This document shows positions 28,032 to 37,300 of a stretch of 64,000 bases of DNA, in pieces. Source of the DNA: Bacteroidota bacterium (GTDB taxonomy: Bacteria > Bacteroidota > Bacteroidia > UBA4408); the NCBI GenBank assembly GCA_963169745.1, contig CAUJCU010000015.1:39134-103133 (forward strand), read 5' to 3'. The notes under the pieces were generated by a model that was given only the letters and a program-made list of their open reading frames with translations, did not search any database and had not been told where the DNA came from. The position numbers and the translations under genes were made by a program. The first letter of the stretch is position 1. Each line of letters opens with the position of its first letter.

Positions 28032-30890
28032 ATGGTAAGATTTATTAAATTATTTACATTATTGCTGTGCCTTGTAAGTATTAATGCTTATACACAGGTT
28101 GTAACCTATTCGCCCAATTATATTACGGTAACAGATAGCGTAACAATTATTTTTAATGCCAGCCAAGGGAATGCTGCTCTTGCTGGAGCTGACAGCGTTT
28201 GGATACACACCGGATTAATTACAGACCGCAGTACGAGTTCTTCTGATTGGCATTACAAAAAACGCCCTTATGCACTGCCCGATGCTTCTGTACTTATGAC
28301 TAAGATAGCTCCTGATGTTTTTAAAATTAAATTTAAATTGATTAATTGGTATGGGTTTAATAGTCAGGAAAAAGTACGCAGTTTAGCCATGGTTTTTAGA
28401 AACAGGGCAGGAACTCAGGTAGGAAAAAATACAGATGGTTCTGATATTTTTATTCCGATTTATGAAAGTGGTTTTTCAGCAAAATTTCAAAACCCTATTT
28501 CCAAATATATAATAACCGGAACACAAAATCAAAACATTCCGATTACTGTAAACACAACCCAAAACGCTTTTATAAATATTTTAGTAGATGGTGTTTTAGC
28601 CGGACAGAGTAATGGTGTAAACACACTATCTCTAAATGTTTCAAGTGGTGCTTATGGCATACACTGGGTAAAACTTATTGCCGAGTCGGGTGTTAATACC
28701 GTAACCGATTCTATAAAAATTATTACCCAATTTCCTCAAGTGGTTCAGGATCCTCCACAGGGCATTGGTAACGGAATAAATGTAATAAATGACAGTACTG
28801 TAATATTATGCTTGTTGGCTCCGTTTAAGAATAATGCCTATGTAATTGGCGATTTTAATGATTGGCAGGTAATTCCGGAGTATGCTATGAAAAAATCACA
28901 AAATGGAGAACGTTATTGGCTTCAAATTAACAATCTTACTCCCAATCAAGAAGTACGTTTCCAATATTTAGTAGATAATAAAATTCGAATTGCCGACCCA
29001 AATAGTGAGAAAGTATTAGACCCTTATCTCGATATTGCTATTAATCCGGTATTATACCCGAATTTAATTCCCTATCCAACAGGTAAAACGTATGAAGTTG
29101 TATCAGTGATGCAGCCCGGTCAAGCAGAATATGTTTGGCAGGTAAATAACTTTCAGAAACCCGACAATCGTGATTTGAACATCTATGAATTACTGATTCG
29201 TGATTTTGTGTCACGACATACTTTTAAAACAGTAAAAGATTCTATTAATTATTTAAAAAAGCTGGGAATTACTGCTGTTGAGCTAATGCCTGTTACAGAA
29301 TTTGATGGGAATGAGAGTTGGGGCTATGGTCCTAATTTCTTTTTTGCTGTAGATAAAACCTATGGCCCTAAAAAAGATTTAAAAGAGCTCGTAGATGCTC
29401 TTCATGCCAATGGTATAGCTGTAATTTTGGATATTGTATTAAACCATGCCTACGGCTTGTCTCCATATGCCCGCTTGTGGTGGGATGAGTTTGATAATAA
29501 ACCCTCTAACCAAAATCCTTATTTGAATAAGGAAGCCACACATCCATTTAGTGTTGGATATGATTTTAACCATGACAGTCCATATACCCGACAGTTTGTA
29601 GATACCGTACTCGCCCATTGGGTAAAAGAATATCATATCGATGGATTTCGTTTTGATTTGTCTAAAGGCTTTACACAAAACAATACTATTAACGATCCGA
29701 ATCCCGTTGGTGCTTGGGGGGGCTATGATGCTTCTAGGGTTTATAACATTAAGCGCATGGCAGACAAATTATGGCAGCAGTATCCGGGTACTTATGTAAT
29801 ATTAGAGCATTTTGCTGAAAAAAGTGAAGAGCAGGATCTTGCCGGACATGGCTGTATGCTTTGGGGAAAGGCTCATGCCGAGTATGGTCAGGCTGTTATG
29901 GCTTGGCCCACTGGCTGGGATTTTTCAAATGCTATAGATTATCGTTCCAGCCAACATGGATTCCCTTTTCATAATTTGGTAGGCTTTATGGAGAGCCATG
30001 ATGAAGAACGCCTCATGTATAACAATAAAATGTATGGAAACGGTACAACGGGATATTCAACCAAGGCCTATAATTCTCGTTTGGAACGCTCAGCCCAGGC
30101 AGCAGCTTTCTTTTTCCCTGTTCCGGGGCCTAAAATGTTTTGGATGTTTGGTGAACTTGGCTATGATTATTCTATAAACTACCCTACTAACACAGATGAT
30201 TCACGAACGTCACCAAAACCTGTACGCTGGGACTATATGAATTCTCCTGCCCGAATGCATTTATACAAAACGTATGCAGCATTGGGAAAATTACGAACTA
30301 TAAATAATTCATTTAAAACTAGCGACTTTTCTATCTCTGCTTTTGGCACTCAAAAACAACTTTATGTAAATGACCCTATTATGAATACCATAGTTTTTGG
30401 AAATTTTGATGTAGTGACCCAAAATGTTTTTTCAGGTTTTCAGCATACCGGAATTTGGTATGAGTATTTTAGTGGAATACCATTAAATGTTACTGATGTG
30501 AATATGACTTTAAATTTAGCACCAGGTAAGTTTAAACTTTATACCGATGTGCCTTTGCCATTGCCAGATATGACGTTTACAGATAGTGTAACTGCAATAC
30601 ATAACCTCACCGAAGACCAACTAAATGTGTCAATTGCTCCTAACCCGTTTATTCAAGATCTTTACATTCGCTATTTTGTGGAAGAAAACAGCCCTGTGTC
30701 ATTAGTAATATATGATATGTTGGGGCGAAAAGTAAAAGTACTCGTGAATGAAAACCAAGCCACAGGCATTCAATCTGTAAAATGGAATGGGAGAAACGAG
30801 GAGGGGCTAATTGTGAAACCAGGAAACTATTTTTATAGGATAGTTTCAGGAACCTATTCTCAAAGTGGTAAATTAGTTAAAATTGAATAA
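28032..30890 (+). CDS. secreted GH13 alpha-amylase-family enzyme: unassigned N-terminal module + middle beta domain + CBM48/E-set-like domain + GH13 catalytic domain + T9SS CTD
   Basis: 952 aa. AYVIGDFNDWQ (CBM48-like). GH13 regions ILDIVLNHA, GFRFDLSKG, EHFAE, FMESHDEER. C-terminal APNPF...NYFYRIVSG...LVKIE sorting domain. Confidence 0.85.
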   Translation: MVRFIKLFTLLLCLVSINAYTQVVTYSPNYITVTDSVTIIFNASQGNAALAGADSVWIHTGLITDRSTSSSDWHYKKRPYALPDASVLMTKIAPDVFKIKFKLINWYGFNSQEKVRSLAMVFRNRAGTQVGKNTDGSDIFIPIYESGFSAKFQNPISKYIITGTQNQNIPITVNTTQNAFINILVDGVLAGQSNGVNTLSLNVSSGAYGIHWVKLIAESGVNTVTDSIKIITQFPQVVQDPPQGIGNGINVINDSTVILCLLAPFKNNAYVIGDFNDWQVIPEYAMKKSQNGERYWLQINNLTPNQEVRFQYLVDNKIRIADPNSEKVLDPYLDIAINPVLYPNLIPYPTGKTYEVVSVMQPGQAEYVWQVNNFQKPDNRDLNIYELLIRDFVSRHTFKTVKDSINYLKKLGITAVELMPVTEFDGNESWGYGPNFFFAVDKTYGPKKDLKELVDALHANGIAVILDIVLNHAYGLSPYARLWWDEFDNKPSNQNPYLNKEATHPFSVGYDFNHDSPYTRQFVDTVLAHWVKEYHIDGFRFDLSKGFTQNNTINDPNPVGAWGGYDASRVYNIKRMADKLWQQYPGTYVILEHFAEKSEEQDLAGHGCMLWGKAHAEYGQAVMAWPTGWDFSNAIDYRSSQHGFPFHNLVGFMESHDEERLMYNNKMYGNGTTGYSTKAYNSRLERSAQAAAFFFPVPGPKMFWMFGELGYDYSINYPTNTDDSRTSPKPVRWDYMNSPARMHLYKTYAALGKLRTINNSFKTSDFSISAFGTQKQLYVNDPIMNTIVFGNFDVVTQNVFSGFQHTGIWYEYFSGIPLNVTDVNMTLNLAPGKFKLYTDVPLPLPDMTFTDSVTAIHNLTEDQLNVSIAPNPFIQDLYIRYFVEENSPVSLVIYDMLGRKVKVLVNENQATGIQSVKWNGRNEEGLIVKPGNYFYRIVSGTYSQSGKLVKIE

Positions 30891-30986
30891 CTCTTTAATT
30901 TTCAACATTATTTTTACACAAAAACGAGCTACTTCATAAGATAAGCTAAAGGTATTTTGGTGCAAAAAGGTTAAAAAAAGAATAAT

Positions 30987-31430
30987 TTAGGGTGTTTTTA
31001 CAGTGCCTCTGCAATGTGTATTTTCGCCTATATTAATTCGATCAGAAGCTTTTAAAAGTTCTTTTGAATCTTGTATAAAATGAGCTGTAATATCTTTATT
31101 CAATGAGTCCAAATTAAAGCAATAATCCATTTCTCCTTCGCGCCCCCATGGAGCCTTATCAATTAATATTTTAACATTGTTTTTTGCTTCAAAGGCAGTA
31201 ATAAATTCATCAAACTTTTTAAGTAGTTGATAATCTATACCTGAACCTTTGCTGATAAATGAAACAGTAAAACGATATTGTTTCACATTATTTTTTGTTT
31301 CTGTCGTGCTTTTCTGATCACTTTGCTCAGTTTGCGTTTTACTTTTTTCATTTTTGCGATTTTTACAGGTTTTACACTGCAAAGAACTTATTGCCAATGG
31401 CAACAAAAATAGTAGAGTTATACGTTTCAT
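30987..31430 (-). CDS. hypothetical secreted protein or lipoprotein
   Basis: 147 aa. Signal peptide, low-complexity Ser/Thr/Lys/Gln linker, ~95-aa globular C-terminus. No family recognised. Confidence 0.4.
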   Translation of the reverse strand: MKRITLLFLLPLAISSLQCKTCKNRKNEKSKTQTEQSDQKSTTETKNNVKQYRFTVSFISKGSGIDYQLLKKFDEFITAFEAKNNVKILIDKAPWGREGEMDYCFNLDSLNKDITAHFIQDSKELLKASDRINIGENTHCRGTVKTP

Positions 31431-31460
31431 GGTGTATATTATGATTGTTATAAAGAGTTT

Positions 31461-31853
31461 TTAACTAGGAAATATTTTTTTAGCATTTAGCGCTAATAAT
31501 ATCCAAGAACTTATCATTCCAATACCTCCTAAAGGTGTGATTGGACCTAAGAATGAAAAATTAATTGCTGTTATACTTTGTGTACTTAATAAATAAATAC
31601 TAAATGAGAAAAAACAGATTCCTAAAATTAAAAGCAAGGCAATAGGCTTTATATATTTTTCATTGTCTTTGTTAACTGATATCGCTAAAAAAAGCAGAAG
31701 CAGCGCATGAAACAATTGATACTTTACACCTTTCTCAAAAGCGGCTAATGATTTTGCACTAATCAAATCGGTTAATGTATGTGCCCCCAAAGCTCCAAGA
31801 ACAACAGAAGTTGCACCAAAAAAAGCAGCCGTAATAATTAACTTTTGTTTCAT
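31461..31853 (-). CDS. DUF423 (YgdD/TMEM256-like) membrane protein
   Basis: 130 aa, 4 TM. FGATSVVLGALGAHTL...YQLFHALLLL is typical of DUF423. Confidence 0.7.
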   Translation of the reverse strand: MKQKLIITAAFFGATSVVLGALGAHTLTDLISAKSLAAFEKGVKYQLFHALLLLFLAISVNKDNEKYIKPIALLLILGICFFSFSIYLLSTQSITAINFSFLGPITPLGGIGMISSWILLALNAKKIFPS

Positions 31854-31893
31854 ATTTTACACTTCCTTGTATAACTATGCGTCATGTATGGAA

Positions 31894-32880
31894 TTACCAG
31901 CGGTAACCATTAATATAATTATTTAAGTCACTTATAGAACTTTCAAAAGTAAATGAATCATTAACCATATAATAATTACCAATATCAAAAGTTCTACCGT
32001 AAGCAAATTTAGCAAAATCAAGCCTGGTCGATTCAAAGTCAAATACTCTTATAAGTTCAGCTACTTGCGCTGAGGTCATACAACGCTGTCCTAAAACTTG
32101 CTTTGCTATTTCAAGTTTAGTGCTTTCAAATGACTTACTCATGATTGAAGACTTAATTCCGGAGAAATCTTGAGGTGTCATAGGATACGGACAACCAACT
32201 GGGCCATGGTAGCCTGGCATTACATAAACCGGTTCCTGAACAACAACAGTGGTAGTGGTTGGAGCAGGAGGAGGGGGCGGGGGCGTTTGATTTACATTAC
32301 CCGGTATGGTTGTAGTGGTTGTTGTTGAATAAGTAGTTGTAGTTTGGCTGGTAGTAGTACCTACACTACCAGTATTTATGTTCATATTTAAACCTACTCC
32401 ATTTACCCCAAAATTTACATTTACGTTGTCACTCATAGGGTCATTATATGTAGTAGTGGTAGTTGTAGTAGTTGTAGTAGCCGGTATTGGAGAAGCGTGA
32501 TACACCACAACATTTTGGTTAGGTACTGTTGGTGGAGCAGGAGGAAGCTGGGACAGAGGGGTAATACTCAAAACGCGAACAACCCATTCTCCATTTGATT
32601 TACGTTTAATATTAAAAGTGTTTTCAGCCATGGCTTCAAGAAATAAATTTTTGTTTATTTCACCTAATGATTTGTCTTCAAATAAAATTTTCATTTTATA
32701 ATTTGGGGCATTCAAGTCGGTTAACTTTACATTGGTAGCCGGTTCTGAGTTTTGAATAACACCGTTTAAAACAATTTGGAAACGTTCTCCGTTTTCAGTA
32801 AACAATACAGCGTTTGATGTTTGTGCCTGAACACTAAAGGCTATCCATAATGTTAAGCATAAAGTAATAATTTTTTTCAT
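31894..32880 (-). CDS. secreted DUF4476 domain protein with Thr/Pro-rich linkers
   Basis: 328 aa. Signal peptide, N-terminal beta domain, poly-Thr (T10) and PPPPPPAPTTTT linkers. C-terminal ~90 aa (..FESTKLEIAKQV...FDFESTRLDFAKFAY..) matches my memory of DUF4476. Confidence 0.55.
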   Translation of the reverse strand: MKKIITLCLTLWIAFSVQAQTSNAVLFTENGERFQIVLNGVIQNSEPATNVKLTDLNAPNYKMKILFEDKSLGEINKNLFLEAMAENTFNIKRKSNGEWVVRVLSITPLSQLPPAPPTVPNQNVVVYHASPIPATTTTTTTTTTYNDPMSDNVNVNFGVNGVGLNMNINTGSVGTTTSQTTTTYSTTTTTTIPGNVNQTPPPPPPAPTTTTVVVQEPVYVMPGYHGPVGCPYPMTPQDFSGIKSSIMSKSFESTKLEIAKQVLGQRCMTSAQVAELIRVFDFESTRLDFAKFAYGRTFDIGNYYMVNDSFTFESSISDLNNYINGYRW

Positions 32881-32937
32881 TGTTGAAGTGTTTTATTATA
32901 GTTAGTATATTTCAAAGACTGTGCCAATACTTTTTAT

Positions 32938-34296
32938 TTAATTAAACAATACACCATCACATTGGCTGCAGTTGGTTTGTGGAATATGAGCTCCGTATTT
33001 TTGATTAATTGCTTTAATAAATTCATTGGCAATTAAACCATAGCCTTTTTGATTGGGATGGTAGGCATCAAGACTGAGAAAACCCCCGGTTACGAAGTCC
33101 ATATTAAAATCGACTCCATCCCATTTAATTCCATTTTTTACTTTATTAAAGTACGGTTCCATATTCGCAACGGCAAAACCATATTGAGCAGCCTTTTGTA
33201 TAATTATTTGATTGTAATTCTTTATAGCCTGATCAAGAATTTGAACTTCACTTTCAATAAGACTGTATCGGTTATCAATTACTTTTACCAGTAACCCATA
33301 TTTATAGCATTTCATTGAATCAAGAGGAACGCTTAATGTTATATATTCGCCATCTTTCATTTTTCTATAACCACTAGGCTCGTTAGGATCGGCTACAACA
33401 AACCCATTTTTACCGGAAGTAAAACGGATATGGTCAAAACTTGAATTGGTACTGTAAACATCATTTAATGAGTCTGCTTGGCTTTGAGTTAAATTAGCAT
33501 TGTTCCAAGCAACTAGGGTATAAAAAGGGAAATTACGAAAATCAGGGATTGTAGCCATAACTCCTTTAATTCCTTTTTGGAAGTATGGAGCTAAGATTAA
33601 GTTTAGATTCTGCTCAAATGACTCTGGAGATGGAATACTGATATGCGCTCCTCCTTTTGAGGCATAATTATAAATATCATCCATCCCAAGCCAACTTATA
33701 ATAAAGCTCGGGTTCTGATCTTGAATATCTGATAAAATAGTTGAAGTTCCAGGATTAGAAGCTATTCTGTTGTAAAAGGGATTTTTATTTTGCTGGCCAA
33801 ACGGTAATCCTAGTTCAACATTACTATAATCTTGTAAAGAAGCAAAGGGAACAGCCCAGTTATTATTTTTTGATTTATCTCCTGAATTCAGGTATGTTAA
33901 AGCCACAACATCAGTAAGATTAGATTTAACAGGAGATAATGAAGTAACACCTTTGCAGTCTTTTTTGTAGCCTAGTTTTGAAGGACCTACAAAATAACTT
34001 TCCCAAGGTTTTAAATTTAGCCCAGCTCCTTGTCCCTCTTGAAGTAAAACTTGATGAAAGTTGCCTCCTTCGGCAAGTTTCATTTGTTCACTTATGAGAG
34101 CCGGAATTGAATTTTGTTGCCCTTTTTGTGACAAAGCTCCATCTTGATAACCAGCCATAAAGCTCCCTCCAATGGCTATAACATGACTAAAATTGGCACT
34201 TCCAGCGTCTGGCTCAAAACCTTTAGACTCTGGTTTGCATCCCAAAAGTAAACACAAGCCCCAAATATATACTATGTAATACAAATTACTTTTCAT
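32938..34296 (-). CDS. lipoprotein, SGNH/GDSL-hydrolase-like fold (block I is GGS rather than GDS)
   Basis: 452 aa. Lipobox LLLGC. VIAIGGSFMAGYQDG near the N-terminus. LSLDAYHPNQKGYGLIANEF (DxxH-type block V) near the C-terminus. 8-nt gap from the repeat-protein gene. Confidence 0.5.
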   Translation of the reverse strand: MKSNLYYIVYIWGLCLLLGCKPESKGFEPDAGSANFSHVIAIGGSFMAGYQDGALSQKGQQNSIPALISEQMKLAEGGNFHQVLLQEGQGAGLNLKPWESYFVGPSKLGYKKDCKGVTSLSPVKSNLTDVVALTYLNSGDKSKNNNWAVPFASLQDYSNVELGLPFGQQNKNPFYNRIASNPGTSTILSDIQDQNPSFIISWLGMDDIYNYASKGGAHISIPSPESFEQNLNLILAPYFQKGIKGVMATIPDFRNFPFYTLVAWNNANLTQSQADSLNDVYSTNSSFDHIRFTSGKNGFVVADPNEPSGYRKMKDGEYITLSVPLDSMKCYKYGLLVKVIDNRYSLIESEVQILDQAIKNYNQIIIQKAAQYGFAVANMEPYFNKVKNGIKWDGVDFNMDFVTGGFLSLDAYHPNQKGYGLIANEFIKAINQKYGAHIPQTNCSQCDGVLFN

Positions 34297-34304
34297 GGCT
34301 TTAA

Positions 34305-37300
34305 TTAGGGAGCATTGACACTAACCTCTTTATTATAAATGGCTTCTGTAATATCATTGCCGTTCTTTTTAAAATACACCTGACCAAAATTATATTTAAT
34401 TTTTTTATACTCATCACCCACCTCACCTTTTACAATAATAGTTCGGTATATAACACAGTTTTGCCCTTCAATTTCTTCATTGCTTACGCCTTGCGGATAT
34501 TTTTTTGCCAAATCAAAGCGTGTGCCTGAAGGGGTGCCTCCAGTATTCGCTTGTGCGGCTAGCCTTTTTTCTCTTTCAGCTTTGTAACGGTCAGCTTGAG
34601 ATAATGCTCTTTTTTGCGCTTCAATTCGTGCTATCAATTCAGCCTTAGCTTGTTCTCGTGCCAAACGAGCTTTTTCTAAAAATGCTCTTTCTCGTTCATC
34701 GGCTTCTTTCTTTCTTCGATTAACATCATCTAAATCAGCTTGTCGTTTTGCAGCAAGCGCCTCTAAACGGAGTTTTTCTTCCTCTTCACGTTTTCGAGCA
34801 TCATCAAGCTTTTGTTGCGCCATATTATTGTCATAGTCTGTATTTAATGCTTCTGTATAGGCATTTACAGCTTGAGAGAATTTTTTCTGGCTCATAGCCA
34901 TATTCCCATTATTGATAAACTTATCAAAAAGGGCTTTCTTTCGAGCACGTTCCAATTCATCAAGTGTTTTTTGAGTGGCATCAATTTTCGATTGTGCAAG
35001 TGGATTATCAATATTTAGCTCCAGTGCTTCTTTATAAGATAATATAGCATCATTAAAATTCTTTTGAGAAACTAAATCATCTCCTTCTTTAATTTTAGTA
35101 TGAAAAAGTCTGGTGCGTTCAGCTAAATCCTGAGCTTTTCTTCTTTCTTCTTCTGCTTCTTTTAAATCCTGAGCTTCAATTATTTTTGTATTGGCTAAAG
35201 TGTTATCAATTCCTAATGACAAGGCTTGTGTATAGTCTTCAATGGCGCTATCAAATTTCTTTTCGGTTACTTTGCTTTCCCCTTGTTTTATAAGCTGATC
35301 AAATTCAGCTTTTTTACGTGCTAATTCAGCCGCTGCTGCTTTGTCAGCCTCGGCTTTAGCTTTGGCATCAGCTTCAGCTTTAAGGCGCGCTTCTTCGTTT
35401 TCTTTTGCTTTGTTTGCCTCTTCAATTTTCCTAGTGGCTAACGGATTATCTATATTTAGGCCTAAAGCAGCGTTAAAAGCATCAATGGCATCATCAAATT
35501 TTAAGTTGGATAAACTTTTATCACCATTAGAAATAAAAGTATCAAATTCAGCTTTTTTACGTGCTAATTCAGCCGCTGCTGCTTCATCAGCCTCGGCTTT
35601 AGCTTTGGCATCAGCTTCGGCTTTTAGGCGTGCTTCTTCATCGGCTTTAGCTTTGTTGGCTCCATCTATTTTACTGTTAGCGGTTACATCATCAAAATGA
35701 ACTTGCAGGGCGTTGTTGTATGCAGTTAAGGCATCGTCAAATTTTTTAGCTCCTAAGGCATCATCTCCTTTTTGTATGGCTGCATCAAATTCTTTTTTCT
35801 TTTTGGCTAATTCAGCCGCTGCTGCTTTATCAGCTTCGGCTTTAGCTTTGGCATCAGCTTCGGCTTTTAGGCGTGCTTCTTCGTCTTCTTTTGCTTTGTT
35901 CGCTTCTTCAATTTTCCTATTGGCTAATGGATTATCTACATCCAGGGCTAAAGCACTACCATATTGGGCTATAGCATCCGTATAATTTTTTGCAGACAAG
36001 CTTTGATTACCTTTGTTAATATATTTATCAAACTCTTCTTTTTTTCGAGCCAATTCAGCTGCTGCTGCTGCATCGGCCTCGGCCTTTGCTTTGGCATCAG
36101 CTTCGGCTTTTAGGCGTGCTTCTTCGTCTTCTTTTGCTTTGTTCGCTTCTTCAATTTTCCTATTGGCTAATGGATTATCTACATCCAGGGCTAAAGCAGC
36201 GTTAAAAGCATTAATGGCATCATCAAATTTTAAATTAGATAAACTTTTATCACCATTAGAAATAAACGTATTAAACTCTTCTTTTTTTCGAGCCAATTCG
36301 GCTGTTGCTGCTGCATCAGCCTCGGCTTTAGCTTTGGCATCAGCCTCTGCTTTTAAACGCGCTTCTTCATCGGCTTTGGCTTTTTGTACAGTGGCAATTT
36401 TTGAGTTTGCAGTTTCATTGTCGAAATTCATTTGAAGAGCTAACCCATAGGTAGCAATAGATTCATCAAATTTTTTTTCAATTAACAATTTATCTCCATC
36501 TGAGATGTGTTTGTCAAATTCAGCCTTCTTTTGTGCTAAAGCCTTATTGGCAGCATCAGCTTCGGCTTTAGCTTTAGCGTCAGCCTCTGCTTTTAAACGC
36601 GCTTCTTCATCAGCTTTAGCTTTGTTGGCCCCATCTATTTTGCTGTTAGCCGTTGCATCATCAAAATGAACTTGCAGGGCGTTGTTGTAGGCAGTTAAGG
36701 CATCGTCAAACTTTTTAGCTCCCAAGGCATCATCACCCTTTTGTATGGCATCATCAAATTCTTTTTTCTTTTTGGCTAATTCGGCCTTATTTGCGGCATC
36801 GGCATCGGCTTTAGCTTTGGCATCAGCCTCTGCTTTTAAACGCGCCTCTTCATCGGCTTTAGCTTTGTTGGCTCCATCTATTTTACTGTTAGCGGTTGCA
36901 TCATCAAAATGAACTTGTAAGGCGTTGTTGTATGCCGTTAAGGCATCGTCAAATTTTTTAGCCCCCAAGGCATCATCTCCCTTTTGTATGGCAGCATCAA
37001 ATTCTTTTTTCTTTTTGGCTAATTCAGCTTTATTTGCGGCATCAGCATCGGCTTTAGCTTTGGCATCAGCCTCTGCTTTTAAACGCGCTTCTTCATCGGC
37101 TTTAGCTTTGTTGGCTCCATCTATTTTACTGTTAGCGGTTGCATTGTCAACACCAGTATTTAAGGCATCGTTATAGGATTTTATTGCATCGTCAAACTTT
37201 TTAGCCCCCAAGGCATTATCACCTTTTTGTATGGCTGCGTCAAATTCGGCTTTCTTTTTTGCAGCAGCGGCTGCATTTTTCGCCTCTTCCTCGGACTTCT

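Noticed and set aside
29716-29722. G7 run inside the amylase coding sequence (gct tgg ggg ggc) as a phase-variation site paired with the upstream C8 tract
   Set aside because: A single G7 is about what chance predicts for the window size. It encodes the conserved-looking AWGGYD segment, and there is no evidence of frameshifted reading frames around it.
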